Source of the DNA: Perna viridis
Lineage: Eukaryota
Assembly: GCA_037379345.1 (NCBI GenBank)
Contig: CM074516.1
Span: forward strand, 20,460,001-20,524,000
Length of the DNA stretch: 64,000 nucleotides
Reading direction: 5' to 3'
In this document: one piece after another, positions 1 to 12,480 of the stretch
Position numbering within the stretch: position 1 is the stretch's first letter
Layout of the letters: every line of letters starts with the position of its first letter
The notes under the pieces: generated by a model
Told to the model about the DNA's origin: nothing
Databases searched by the model: none
What the model saw: only the letters and a program-made list of their open reading frames with translations
Translations under genes and position numbers: made by a program

Positions 1-221
1 ATGAGCAACTCGGCGGGTGTTTCTAGAAAAGCAGAGGACGTTTACCCTACGGGTGCACCTGGTTCATGCTCCCAGATTTTAGTGGAGTTGCTTATTTACT
101 TTTGTTACTTTGTATGTATGATTTTAGTTACTTTATGTTCTTTGTTGTGTATGTCTGTTTTCCATGTCTGGTCTTTGTCCCTGGATTACCGCTGTTACCT
201 TGGTTTCCTTGATTACTCTTT
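1..221 (+). mobile_element. Naiad-type PLE 3'-end fragment
   Basis: Matches the 3' UTR of the RT-bearing copy at 18686-18960; two small microhomology deletions; ends gattactcttt. Confidence 0.9.
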
Positions 222-916
222 CAGATTGGTATGTGGACTTATAAACATTGGTCATAAGTTGTTGTTAGCGATTGTTTGGGTGCTCTCTAAAATCCATTTC
301 ATGTATTTGTAAGGGCACACCAATTCATGTTTTTTAAATAGCAGTTTTATAAAAATCAGACAAGATGTGAGTAATACATGTCAAAAACCCATCAAAGTCA
401 CGAATATTACTAATTCAACAACAATTATTTACCACATAAACAGTCTTTGTTTGTCATTTGGTTGTTGCACTTTCGAGATATAGAGTGTGTATGAAGTTGG
501 CACATTGCAAGGTTTATCGTTCTATATTTAATTTGATTCTGTTGATTTAAGTGTGAAATGAGCGAATTTTTTTCCAAAAGTACAGATGTATATATAGAAA
601 TAACTATAATAACGTAAAAATATTGCATATATAGACGGAAAAAGCATTGTTTGTTCAGATGCTCATCAATAACGATGGCAAAAAGTATGATGACTAAAAA
701 GTTAATTATCTTTCTGATGCATTACAATGTCCTTATTACCCAAAATGTTTCTTAACCCACAAAATTCTTAAAATTTACTTGAAGCAATGGTAATTTAATA
801 TCAGTTTATTCATTTTACTCCAAAAGATGTTTTAACGACAGTTTTTTTTCAAATACAATCAGTTTAAAATAATATACATAAAATAGAAGATTCACGAAAA
901 TCAATCCGTCATAAGT

Positions 917-1126
917 AAGAGAAATTAAGAGAACCAAGAATCTAGCGGAAATCAAAAGGATGTTTTTTTCGAGGGACAAAGACCAGACATGGAAAACAGA
1001 CACACATAACAAAGAACATAAAATTACCAAAATAATGCATACAAAGTAACAAAAGTAAATCAGCACCTCGGATTACACTAAAAACTGGAAGCATAGACCG
1101 GGTGCACGGTAGGGTAAGCGTCCTCT
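917..1126 (-). mobile_element. Naiad-type PLE 3'-end fragment
   Basis: Contains agggacaaagaccagacatggaaaacagaca...ggtagggtaagcgtcctct, as in the other copies. Confidence 0.88.
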
Positions 1127-2221
1127 TAAGTAAATATCATGTGTATGATAGTACCAAAATAATAAGGATTCTAATTACAGTTAACCAGTCTTCGAAACAA
1201 ATGGCTGATAATCGAAGTTCATATTTATGAAGGGTTAGGAAGAGAAAACGGATACGGAAAGAAGTTATTTCGAAACAAGGTTTAATGAAAAACACAAATA
1301 TTTTGGTTAATGTGCATCTCAAACAATGACATCGTGTGGCAAAGATTATGGCTAGTATGAAATGGAGAAAAGTCACGATGCATTTTCTAGGAGATGGAAC
1401 ACCAAATTAGTCTACATTAGATGACTCTTAAAGCTGCTGACACTGCTTAAATTCACTCTTTAAATTTACTGAAAAAAAGTTCTATAACTAGTTGTATAAA
1501 CGTTTTTGTTTCTATTCTTTTAATGATCTACCCTGGTGAATAATAAGTGTTTCAATGGACATCCAGTCCTTTTCGTGATATACAAATGACGTCAATATCT
1601 TATGACTCAATAATTTTTCACTGAACTATGAGGACAGTATTTGTTCAATGATGTTATATAGCACCCATTATGTAATAAAGAATATCTCACTACTGTTCCA
1701 TTGTTCGGAGTCACAGTTTATGTGGTACGATGTACTATAATATGACAAAATCGATAAGTGGAAATGATGTACCGGTAGTATTTGTTTTCAAGTGTTTTTT
1801 CCTTTTTCCTCATCGTCAAGAGGAAGCGTAAAATTACGTTAGCTTCGTTTAACAGTTGTATGCCGTACGGAAAAAAAGTGTAGTTATCCGTCGGTCTTTC
1901 CTTTAAATATACTTTTATGGCAGAAACAACATCGTGTTATGATGACACTTGGTACCTATGTATAACTTTAATGAAAGTGTACAGTAGTCATAGAATAGCT
2001 TCATGTTTACATCAGTGTCACATTATATTTGTTCAAGTAATAATTTTTAACAGGAGTGATTGAAAAACGTTTAAGAAGTTGTGAATAAATTTTGTAATAT
2101 CATGGTGGAATATATTAAAAATTGTCACTGTTTTCATTCCGGCAACGCTGAATTTTATAATAAAATACCTGACTATAGTTCACAATGTCGCAACAAAGGT
2201 ATGTCCCCATTATGCTTATGA

Positions 2222-2405
2222 ATGTAGACCTAGGTTAACGGGCAAAACACTTAAAAATAATTGATTCGTTTGTGTAACTTATTTTACAAGAACATGTAAG
2301 CATTTAAGCAACTTAGATTGATGAAACTTGGGCTTTGATGATATTGAATATGATACAAACAAATCAAGATTTCAAGAGTTAAGTTTCTAAGCCTAGCTCT
2401 ATCTC
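2222..2405. mobile_element. Older copy of the 53975 MITE family
   Basis: gtagacctaggttaacggg ... aagagttaagtttctaagcctagctctatctc. A solo left end of the family also occurs at ~26226-26250. Confidence 0.6.
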
Positions 2406-2974
2406 GCGACGATATTCAGTGGCAGTCTTGTATTATCGTTTAAAATATTAGAAGGCCTTTGAATTTGTGTTTGTTTACAGCTACGAGTTTTTTTCTACTG
2501 ATACCTTGGTATTAATTAGTTAAACGACAAATTTTTGCCATGGAAGAGTTTTGTTGATCTAAATTGCCTAAGTACTCCAAGATGCCTACAGAAATAGTCG
2601 CTAATAACTAATAATGACGGAGGGCAGTTTAAACAATTTTTATCAGATTATTTATTGGTCAAGTACTCATGGCGAATGCCATATTTAGTTTTCTACCATT
2701 TATTTTTGCATTGTTTTCGTTAATAACAACAATTCAATTGACTATACTGGCTGGGTTAATTACAGTAATGTATATATTGCTTCCTGCGGTACGAAAGGCC
2801 ATTTTGTTCCTGTTTTTTATCGCCTGATTTCTCTTTGATCACAAAATTCTAAAGTACACCAATACGGGATTTAGCCTCCAGTACCTTCAAATGATTATAT
2901 TCAAAATAGCAATGAAAAAAGATGGCGCACGCACTGCGGCGCTAAGGCAACGAAACCCCCACCTAATGCATGAT

Positions 2975-3330
2975 ATAGTACATGTCATCATGCAAAAGCA
3001 ATATATCAAATATCTAAGTATATGAGCGAGGAACTTTAAAAGAGAAGACGAAGTTCAAGACATCATGCATGAGCAACACATCAAATATCTTATCATTCCC
3101 TATCACAGAAGCTGAGAAATCTGTTACGAAAATTTCTAATATTTTCAAACTAAAAAAATAATAGTCGATCGGAAAACAGGAAGTAGATGAGCGAGATATC
3201 CTGAGAAAGGGAGTCACAGTACAAGTCATCATGCAAAAGCAATTAACCAAATATCTGAATACCGCTTCTCATAGAAGCTGAGAATTCTGTTACAAAATGT
3301 GGAACAGATTAACCGGCTGACGGACGGACA
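2975..3330 (+). repeat. HINE/pearl-like remnant with internal duplicated blocks and a GACG microsatellite
   Basis: agtaca(t/a)gtcatcatgcaaaagcaat and agaagctgagaa(a/t)tctgttac each occur twice; ends gacggacggaca. Confidence 0.5.
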
Positions 3331-4606
3331 TGATGGAAAATATTGTCTTTTATCCTTGATTTTGATGGTGCAAATAGCCAAATTACACTAACAAAATGGT
3401 CAGGCTTTTCATACCATGTTTAACCCATGGCCTGATTCTTACAGAAACTGACACTTAAAAGTTGTCAAGTCTACAATTATGGAAAAAAATAATTCATAAT
3501 TCATTTTACAGCAAATTATAGTGTGTTATATCATTGATTTAGGCAAATCATTGACAAGTTGAGGATGTGCATTGTGAATCATTATCTGAATCAATAATCC
3601 ATGTTTTATCAAAAGTACTTTTGATTGTGAAGTATAAAAGGAGCGTGTACTTTTAAGCATTGGTTTATAACCACCCGTAGTGTAAATCGATTCAATTATT
3701 CCTATAGCATCTGAATCTCACAAGAACTTTACAAATATTATGTTGTTCGTTAAAACAAGACGCATTTTGTATTATAGAAAGTATTATACTCATGTTGAAT
3801 TAATATTTTACCAAATTGCGACTCTCAGGTAGATTAACGGCTTGATATGCCTTAATGCAGTTATATATTATTTATAAAATTTCAAATGCAAACATCATCA
3901 AATACAACAAATACACAAATAAAATTTGTGTGTAATATATGTAGTCAGTGAAACCTTTCTAAACCAAACCTCGAAAAAAACCCGAAAGGCTGCCTAAATC
4001 ACTCATTTTTATCTCAGTTTAAATATATTTTGAACCTTTGTATACCAAACCCTGTTCAAACCAAACCAAATTTTAAAGCTCAAAAGAAGTTGATAACCGA
4101 CTAAAAACAAGAAATCATCATTCTACCGACCGAGAAACAGTTCATACCAGTAGTTCATGTAGAAAAATCAACGAAAAAACTTACTACCTACAAAAATACG
4201 CATAACACTCAAACATAATTGAGCAACCTGTTCATCTCTAAAAATTTGAGTACGCACATGAAATGAGATTCCTCTCCTTATTTAGAGAAACCAACCGAGT
4301 AGCTTAAATGATGACAAATCCTAGCTTAAATGATATAGGGAAACTGCGATATCGTAAACAAATCTAAAATTAAGTTTGAGATGGCTTCATCGTTACGGTC
4401 ATATCTTAAATTTAAATGTCAGATTTAGGAAACCAAGATTGAGCAAAATCAAAACCAATAAATTTGATATAAATACTGTAATCTGATTGGTTAAAATAAT
4501 ATTGTTATATCTCAATGGATAAAAAAGTTGGCACTGCCCTATTCAGTTAAATTCATAGCTACTTTTCTCATGTTTAAAGATAAAAATATGTTTTAAAATT
4601 AATTTA

Positions 4607-4763
4607 TAAGAATAGGCTATGATAAAAATTTTGTCTTTTGAAAAATAACATAAATTTTCCATGTGCATATTTTGTTTATTGCACTTCGCACAATAAACAA
4701 AATATGCACATGAAAAATTTGTTATTTTTCAATAGACAACATTTTTATTATAACAAATTCTTA
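4607..4763. repeat. Long imperfect palindrome (hairpin-type DNA element remnant)
   Basis: Perfect 22-bp arms at 4660-4681 and 4691-4712 around a 9-nt loop cacttcgca; imperfect pairing extends to about 75 bp per arm. Confidence 0.85.
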
Positions 4764-5527
4764 AGAAGAAAACACATAACAGTATAAAAAAAAACAAGAC
4801 TCTCAAAATCTAAGATAAACACCCAACAATGTTCGAGGACAAAACTATAAAAAAAAAATATGATAAATGACGAATCCGTAGAATTGTTAAAGTGATGAAT
4901 CAATATTTCAGAAAAAAAATCTTCTGCCTTAAAAGCATTAAAACATGTTTTAACGAATCAAACATACAGAAGAGTGGATGGTATGTAACCTCGGATAAAA
5001 TAAAATTAAAGTTGGAAAACTAATGTTCAATCAACAACTCTTACGGAAAGAATGAATGAGTACTTATCTCAGGGTACAGACAATACCTACATTTTATTAA
5101 ATTTTTCATTAATATTTATCTATGACAAACAAATCAGCTTCATATGTACACCCTATAAAAAAGAAAAAAGCATCGAACTTTTTCCAAACAGTTTGTGGAA
5201 CCTTAATGATAATTAAATATAACAAAATGTAGATGTGGAACAAATAATTCAAAATGAGAATTGATCACAAATTAAAATTTTAATTGTATTCAAACAATTC
5301 ACCCTCGTATTATATGTTTTAGCAACTTTAAACATTGATCCTGCAAATCTTCTCAGTATATGAAATAGACAATTTTATTGTCAACCGTATACTTTATAAT
5401 TGGAATGAAAAAAGAGTTCTTCTTTTGTCTTGTTTTTCACACAATGACCTGCATTTTCTCTATTATCTGTTAAGACTCATCACGTCTAGCACAAGCTTCC
5501 CTTTAGATATACACGAAATAAATCTGA

Positions 5528-5922
5528 TTGTTTGTTTGTTTGTTTGTTTGTTGGGGTTTAACGTCCGAGCAGCAATATTTCAGCTATATTCAGACGATGA
5601 ACATAAAATTGATGATAAAATGAACATGAAATGAAAAAGGGATGGAACACAAGGACAATGGGATCGACAAATTTTAATTGCCACTGGAAATAGGGAGAGG
5701 TGGGTAGGGTCGGGCAATTTAGCCTCCTGTGCCGGAGCCCTATGGTTCCTACTCCAGGAGAATACCACAGTAGGGTTCTTTAACGTGCGAGGAACGTGGC
5801 ATCTTTCCCAACACGGTGCACCGCTACGGTATGCGGTCAGGTTTTCCGTATTATAGCCTGACAATCCCAGCATGTAACACGCCAGGGGTACCCCATTCAA
5901 CCACCTGGGGCACACATCCCAG
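5528..5922 (-). mobile_element. Retroposed SINE/LINE-tail insertion with (CAAA)n tail and 14-bp target-site duplication
   Basis: GC-rich 395 bp. The minus-strand 3' end is atatagctgaaatattgct...cgttaaacccc(aaac)n. Flanks cgaaataaatctga (5514-5527) and cgaaacaaatctga (5923-5936) are 13/14 identical. Internal gcacgttaaagaaccc recalls Meta-domain SINEs. Confidence 0.8.
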
Positions 5923-6511
5923 CGAAACAAATCTGAATAGACTAACACTAGGTAACAAGATCGCGTGTGTTTTTAACTGAAAAATTCTCGGATCTTTTTC
6001 TTATGGATCTCCATTTAATAAAATCGCATTCAATTAGCGGGATTTATTTCATATGGTCGAATAATTTCAATTATATTCAAATAGCATTCGCAGCTCACGA
6101 CATGATATAAAACCCCTAAAAACTCTCTGAAACACACACGTTTAATCACTCCTCGATTTTCATTTTAAAAAATCTAGAAAGAAAACATATTTGTGAGTGT
6201 AACCTAAAAGGAGTCGCATGTCAAAAATTCCGGAGCGTAATTTAAAATTTCAAAAACGCAAAAACTACATTGCATTTTCTGCAAAATTGTAATAATTAAT
6301 GAACACAAAACTTTTTTTAACTTATGCTGTTGCAATTCAATAACCCAACCTTACCTGATAAATTAAAACAACACTAGTAAATGTATTACAGTTGAAAGCT
6401 TTAACCTATGAAACAGTAGTACTTAATGAAATTACATATACTTTAATGCTGTCATTTTTATTAATGAAGTCTCCCAGGGCCTGCTTTATCTAAGAACACA
6501 TTTACTTAGTA

Positions 6512-6866
6512 CAATTATTGAATTTTCATTGATTCTCTTCTAATGCGCCCAATAGTACTACAAACTTTTCTTCTGGAATTAGCCTTTCTTTTCTTACATA
6601 TAACAACTGGGTCAACTGAGTGAGACGTTGAGCTGTCGTTTATGCAGTCGCTTGCTCGGTGGAGACCGAGACCCATATATACATTGTACATTTCTACAAG
6701 TTCAATTATTGAATTGCCATTAATCTCTTCTAATGCGCCCAATAGTACTACATACTTTTCTTCTGGAATTAACCTTGCTTTTCTTACATATAACAACTGG
6801 GTCAACTGAGTGAGACATTGTGCTATCGTCAATGCAGTCGCTTGCTAGGTGGAATCTGAGACCAAT
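6512..6866. repeat. Tandem duplication, period ~191 bp
   Basis: caattattgaatt...tctcttctaatgcgcccaatagtactaca...gggtcaactgagtgagac...gagacc begins at both 6512 and 6703. Confidence 0.9.
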
Positions 6867-6939
6867 ATTTAAATCTAAATTATTAATCACTTCTGTAAGG
6901 TTGCTCTATGCTTTTTTACAGGTGTTTATATTTCCCGCT

Positions 6940-7064
6940 TTTTCTTTTTACTTTGTTACTTTGTATATATTATTTTAGTTACTTTATGTTTTTGTTTGTT
7001 TTCCATGTCTAGTCCTTATATTCTTTGATTTCCACTAGAATCTTGGTTCCCTTCATTTCTCTTT
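6940..7064 (+). mobile_element. Naiad-type PLE 3'-end fragment (short)
   Basis: ttgttactttgta...ttagttactttatgtt...tcttggttcccttcatttctcttt matches the family tail. Confidence 0.8.
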
Positions 7065-7250
7065 AATCATAGTTTTGATTTATTTACTTCATGTATCACG
7101 CCATATTCGCGATTGAGAATCATGTTATAATACAGTTACATTTAAACTTAGTAATTTCTTAAGGTATTGAGAGCTTAAGGTGAGTTCTTGTTTTCTTTTT
7201 TAGTGCTGAAAGTCATGCTGTAAATCTGATGTGTTGGAATTGCTACTATA

Positions 7251-7482
7251 AAAGAGTAATCAAGGGAACCAAGGTTATAGCGGTAATCAAAAGAGTGCAA
7301 TCCAGGGACAAAGACCAGACATAAAAAAAACAACAGATATACACAACAAAGAACATAAAGTAACTAAAACCATACATACAAAGTAACAAATGTAAATGAG
7401 CAACACGGACTCCACTAAAAACTGGGAGCAAGGACCAGGTGCACCGGTAGGGTAAGCGTCCTCTGCTTTTCTAGAACCACCC
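7251..7482 (-). mobile_element. Naiad-type PLE 3'-end fragment
   Basis: Near-consensus tail, truncated at ctagaaccaccc. Confidence 0.9.
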
Positions 7483-7844
7483 TAAAAATTAGAATTTGAA
7501 GGTTGGATTAAATAGTTGATTTCAATATACACCATGCTACACATAAAATAGGCATAAGAGCATTGCAATCAATCACAATAAACGAAGGCATATCAAGAAT
7601 ACAAATACAACATATACAAAAACAAACACACCTATAGTGGTTGAATAGCCTTAAGTCGTATGAAAATAAGTTCGTAAACGTTACTTTGAAAGTAAATAAA
7701 GCATCATGGTTTTCACTTATGACTTTCGTAAATACGAAGGCGGACTTTTCATTAAGTAAATGTTTTTCTTGAATCTAGGAAAAAAAACCATGAAACAGAA
7801 ACAGAGGTAGACAAAACGTATTCATTAAAATTATATGTATTCAC

Positions 7845-8160
7845 ATTATGCGATAATTATGTGGTAATTATATGACAATCATGTTGTAATTAAATGACAA
7901 TTATATGGATATCATATAACAGTCATACGGTAATCATGTAAAAATCATATGATATTCATATGACAATCATAAGGTAATAATAAAACAATCATATGGTAAT
8001 CATGTGACAATAATATGATAATTTACATATAATAGTCATATGATTATTATATAATTCTCATATGTTAATTTTGGAATAGAAGTATATGATGTTCATGCAA
8101 TAATCATACAATCGTTTCATATAATTACTGTATGTTCCAAACCATATGATTCTCATGTAT
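7845..8160. repeat. Degenerate minisatellite of ~10-11-bp units (aatcatatga(c)/ggt)
   Basis: Repeated caatcat, atatga and ggtaat units. Confidence 0.7.
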
Positions 8161-8806
8161 GACGATTAGGCTGAATATACAACACAATAGACATAACTAT
8201 ATTTTTTACAGGATATAAGATTATTTTTTGCGATATGGATTCTCCTAGAAAAAATGCATTTTCAAAAGTATTGAATTTTGTTCATTTTTACTTCATGAAT
8301 TTTATCCCATCATATTCTAAACCAATTTCAGACTACTGGATACCTCAATAGCTATTACACGAGATTACTTTATAATTAGATTTATTTTATTAGAAGATTC
8401 ACGATGTATCAAATAATACGATTTGTATATCGTTTATGAATTGCTATGATAACATGAATTACAAAAAAAATCATTGAAATTTGTAATTAGCTGTTTTAAA
8501 ATTTTGTTAATAACTATTTGCCTCCAGCATTCAAAATAATGGTTTGCAAATACAGTTTTGTATTTCCGATGCTTATGTCATCAAAATAATGAACAGTAGA
8601 ATATTTACATGTTAATAGTAGCAACAAGAATCAATACTCACCTTGAAATCAATAGCAGGTGGAATTAAGCAATCGTCTGTCAGGACAGCTAATAGCACGT
8701 GAGATCCGGAATAGAGAACTATCTTCTGCCCGGAGTGAGTCTTCGAAATAGACATGGATAAATGAATTTTCAATAGGATGAAGGAATATTATAAATCAAA
8801 AGAAAA

Positions 8807-8870
8807 ATGAAGAAGTTTCGATATATTTTATTCTTATTTGTTTTTATACTAGAGTCATGTTTTAATTTAG
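8807..8870 (+). CDS. Coding exon 1 (signal peptide) of a predicted 72-aa type I membrane microprotein
   Basis: ATG at 8807 reads MKKFRYILFLFVFILESCFNL plus 1 nt: basic n-region, then hydrophobic h-region. It ends at a consensus donor TAG|GTAAGT (GT at 8871), phase 1. Confidence 0.7.
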
Positions 8871-10109
8871 GTAAGTTTTTTGTACTTTTGAAAAGTTAAT
8901 TTATTGACATTTTGTAGATTTAGTCATTTTAAATGTATATATAATTAGTTGATTTTAATATGCTCTACTGTTTCCTGGCCGTTATTTTTAACCTCGAAAT
9001 GATTTTTTGTAAATTTTCGGGTTTTTTTTATATTCAGAAGTAGAAAGTATACGATGTAATGAAAGTATGACCGTAACTTCTAAATTGGAGTCGACGGTGT
9101 TGTTTAATTATTGGCATATCCGAATAAAACCTACATTTGTTAATGTTATTCTTTTAAAAATCAAAATTATTAAAAAAAAAAAAAAAAAAAATACTAGTGT
9201 CGGATAAATATATTAATTTAAAGGTTTTGTATTATTTTTTATTATAATGTTCTTGGTTTGAGATATATATTATAATGATCTCTTTTAATTAATACGTTCA
9301 ACTTAGAAAAATAAGGGCATAGTTTTCATAGACGTCGTAAGCGCATTAGACTGTCCTGGGAAGTTGTCATATAGACCTTTATGTTCGAAACATTACTCCC
9401 TCTGTCAATCTATAGCAGGCGTCAAAAGGTTAATTTAAAAACTATGTTCAACAACAATGTAAATTAGCTGATATTTGAAAAAAATGAAAATCTATACCTA
9501 CGGGAAACTTTATCATTTGTTCATTCTACTCTACAAAGCAAGATTCCTATCGATTTTTTAGCTTTCCCAGTGTTGTAAAATTTCAATGTACTATTACATT
9601 AAGGCTTTTCCTGGGTTGTTGGAATGCACTTAGTTTAATTTAGGTAGATAACATGATCTATAGTAATTAAAGCATATAAAATTTATTTCGAAGGTTCTTG
9701 CATAATACTTAAAGTAAGTTCATATGATATTGAGGAAGGGCGCTACATGGAAGAGAATTAAATTTGGTAAAAGCTAAGTACATTACATAATGTAGGCCCC
9801 ATAAATAATTTGTAATAGGACGGAAAGCGATTCCGGTTAGTAATTTCGTGACAAACCGGACCAACTCCTGATCTTATAATGGTTAGTCCATACTGTTTTG
9901 AAACTATAGTACCATTGGGAGCGTTCCATGTGTCTTTTATTGAGTACAGATGCGATTTTGTTTAAAATGAGAAGAGCAGTTGAAAACTTTTTATAAAATA
10001 TTTGAATGTACATTAAGGTTTATAACAAAGTAAACGTCCTATAAAATGTCAGAACTGTATAGAAATAGACGAAAAGAAAAGTCTGTACAACAAATAGCAA
10101 TATCAAGAC

Positions 10110-10765
10110 AAAAACCGGAAAGTTGAAAACAACTGCATTGGTCCTTATTTTGTACAGGCATTTCCTGAGTATGTCATTTGTGTATTGAAAGAAATTGTTG
10201 AACTCTAAATAAAACTATCTAAGTATTGTCAAATCAAGTATGTCGTTTGCAGCACAGGAAGCGATGATACCTAATTTCAATTTCAATGTAAGTGGCATTA
10301 TCTCGTTCTCGTCATTTATTTCTCGAAAACATTCCATCTATACATGTATGTTGTTGTCATAGTTTTGTTACCAGGACGTTATTTGCAGAAGTAAGGAGTT
10401 TCAGATAATGTTGTTCGGTGTAAACAAACCGTTGCATTCTTGAACTTTGGACCGAGAGATTTTTTGTATTCATTTTCAAATTTATTAAGGTACAACCTAC
10501 TTGCAGGAGACGAAGATATTTTAATGGAATATGATGAATTGCTTCATTAGCATTGTAACGTTGAAATAAAAATATCTTTATTTGTTATATAATAAAAACT
10601 AACTTTTGTATGAGACAAATTGCCGATACATTTATACTTACACGTATACGGATTCTACCGACTATGACCGGTGGCAGTTTTATCCACCCCCACCCCCCCC
10701 CCACTTTATCGGAAATGCCTGTACCAAAATTAGGATCATTGTGGTGGTTTACAACTTCCGGTTTT
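10110..10765. repeat. Inverted pair of a dispersed repeat fragment (10110-10167 -, 10711-10765 +)
   Basis: ggaaatgcctgtac(c)aaaat(t/a)agga...caact(t)tccggtttt is present in both orientations. Confidence 0.7.
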
Positions 10766-12066
10766 ATACTGCGATTTGTTATACGGACTATCCATTTGGT
10801 TATTTTTGTTGGCTATTGTCTAGAGTTTGTCAATACGGTAATTTTGTTATCCATCATGAAGGCTCAAAAGTAAAATTTAGATTGTTAATAAGATCAGTAT
10901 TCCTGTAAAATCACTGAAAATTCATAAAATTAAAGGTTGAAATATAACCGACTTTATACGTAATGATACTTGAAAATAAATCCTACGCCAATAAAGCAAA
11001 ATGACCATTAAACATATCGAAATATACGACAAGTATAATTATATAACTAGGGACTCTACCTTTTTTTTGACTGATTTTTAAGGTATGTTTATTTGGTTAT
11101 TATTTTTCCACAGTGGTCAAGGGGGGTGACGCCAAAGTACTTTAACCCGCCCCATTTTTTAAGCCCGTCCCAAGAAAGACATTTCTTGCTCTTGTATGTT
11201 TTGTTTTGTTTTCACTTTAAGTTAACATTATTTTGATGGAGTAACTTTAATAACAGTCCGAAAAATAAATCTTTTTTATATTAAACTGAAAAAAAGGCAT
11301 TATCATTTTTAGAAATATAAATATTTTCAGCTTCGTCCTCTTACAGGTTCAACCTACCTCTTATCATTAAATAATTTTAAACCTGACTTGAGCAAACCAG
11401 TTGCAATATATTTGATATATAATGTAACAAATACCGACATTCTTCATTTTCTTAGAAAATACAAATCTTTAAAGATTAAAGTTAAGTATACAATAAGAAA
11501 ATGCCGTGTTACTTCGGTGAAAAGGCAAGAATGAAAGGATTTTAAAAAAAAAATAATTAAAACTTTAGAAATAAGAAACCTGTTTGAAAAGTTGTTGAAC
11601 TTGTCGATCAGTGTAAAAAAAAGTACAAAGATACTTTTTATTACTGGTAAATACTGACTATGTTGAGTATTTTACGTTATTATCTCAACATCTTAAACTG
11701 TCGACGAATTTTAAAATTTAAATATTTTAATGTACATCGAAAGTCCTGTGAACACTTCACCTTGCTATCATTTCCACAAAAATTATATGTGCGTTGTGAC
11801 GTCAGACAAGGAGTGGAACGTCTTTAATTTTACAAAATCTTTTTTTTTTCAAATATATACTTTTGAAACATTATTAACACAAGTGTATAAATGGCGAGGT
11901 GAAGAGGTAGTTTGGACTAGTGTTTTTAGGAAGAAAACATTTACGGGAAACAGAGGTATTTGCCAAGACCGAAGAAATTCTTACTAGTGAAAAATAATAA
12001 TGAACCCAACAACAAATATGCAATTCGAAGTCTATAAACGAGCAGTATAGTTTTTTTCTTCTTATT

Positions 12067-12265
12067 TTACCCTACCGGTGCACCTGATCCATGCTCCCAG
12101 TTTTTAGTGGAGTCCGAGGTGCTCATTTGCTTTTGTTACTTTGTATGTATGATTTTAGTTACTGTATGTTCTTTGTTGAGTATGTCTGTTTTCCATGTCT
12201 GGTCTTTGTACCTGGATTACATTCTTTTGATTAACGCTATAACCTTGGTTCCCTTGATTACTCTT
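12067..12265 (+). mobile_element. Naiad-type PLE 3'-end fragment
   Basis: ttaccctaccggtgcacctg...ccttgattactctt. Confidence 0.9.
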
Positions 12266-12280
12266 GGACTTTTTAACTGA

Positions 12281-12480
12281 AAACACATTTGTACAGTTTG
12301 GTAGATTAGTTTGTCTCAACACAACAAGTAGTGGGAATCTCGATGGGCACCGATTGTGCGCCTCCACTTGAGGATCTATACCTACACTCCTACTAGACAG
12401 ACTTCATAAAAAATAACTCTAACAAAACAAAATTGGCAGAATCCTTTGACTTGCATCAATGTTGCTATCTCTCTAAATAA
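12281..12480 (+). pseudogene. Decayed PLE RT fragment, more diverged than the main family
   Basis: Reads NTFVQFG...QQVVGISMGTDCAPPLEDLYLHSY*TDFIK, homologous to RT motif B of the 18963-19760 ORF. Confidence 0.75.

Noticed and set aside
1-312. Recurrent ORFs such as MSNSAGVSRKAED.. and ..LCMYDFSYFMFF.. (also at 815, 7246, 15895, 18711, 32558, 36257, 40961, 44851)
   Set aside because: They are translations of the retroelement's 3' UTR. Frames and stops differ between copies, so they are not a gene family.
5580-5948. 122-aa minus-strand ORF
   Set aside because: Lies almost entirely within the GC-rich retroposed insertion, has no recognisable domain, and starts at a non-ATG codon outside the TSD.
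6515-6832. 105-aa minus-strand ORF with an internal repeat
   Set aside because: Arises from the 191-bp tandem duplication; the period is not a multiple of three and the two units are read in different frames.
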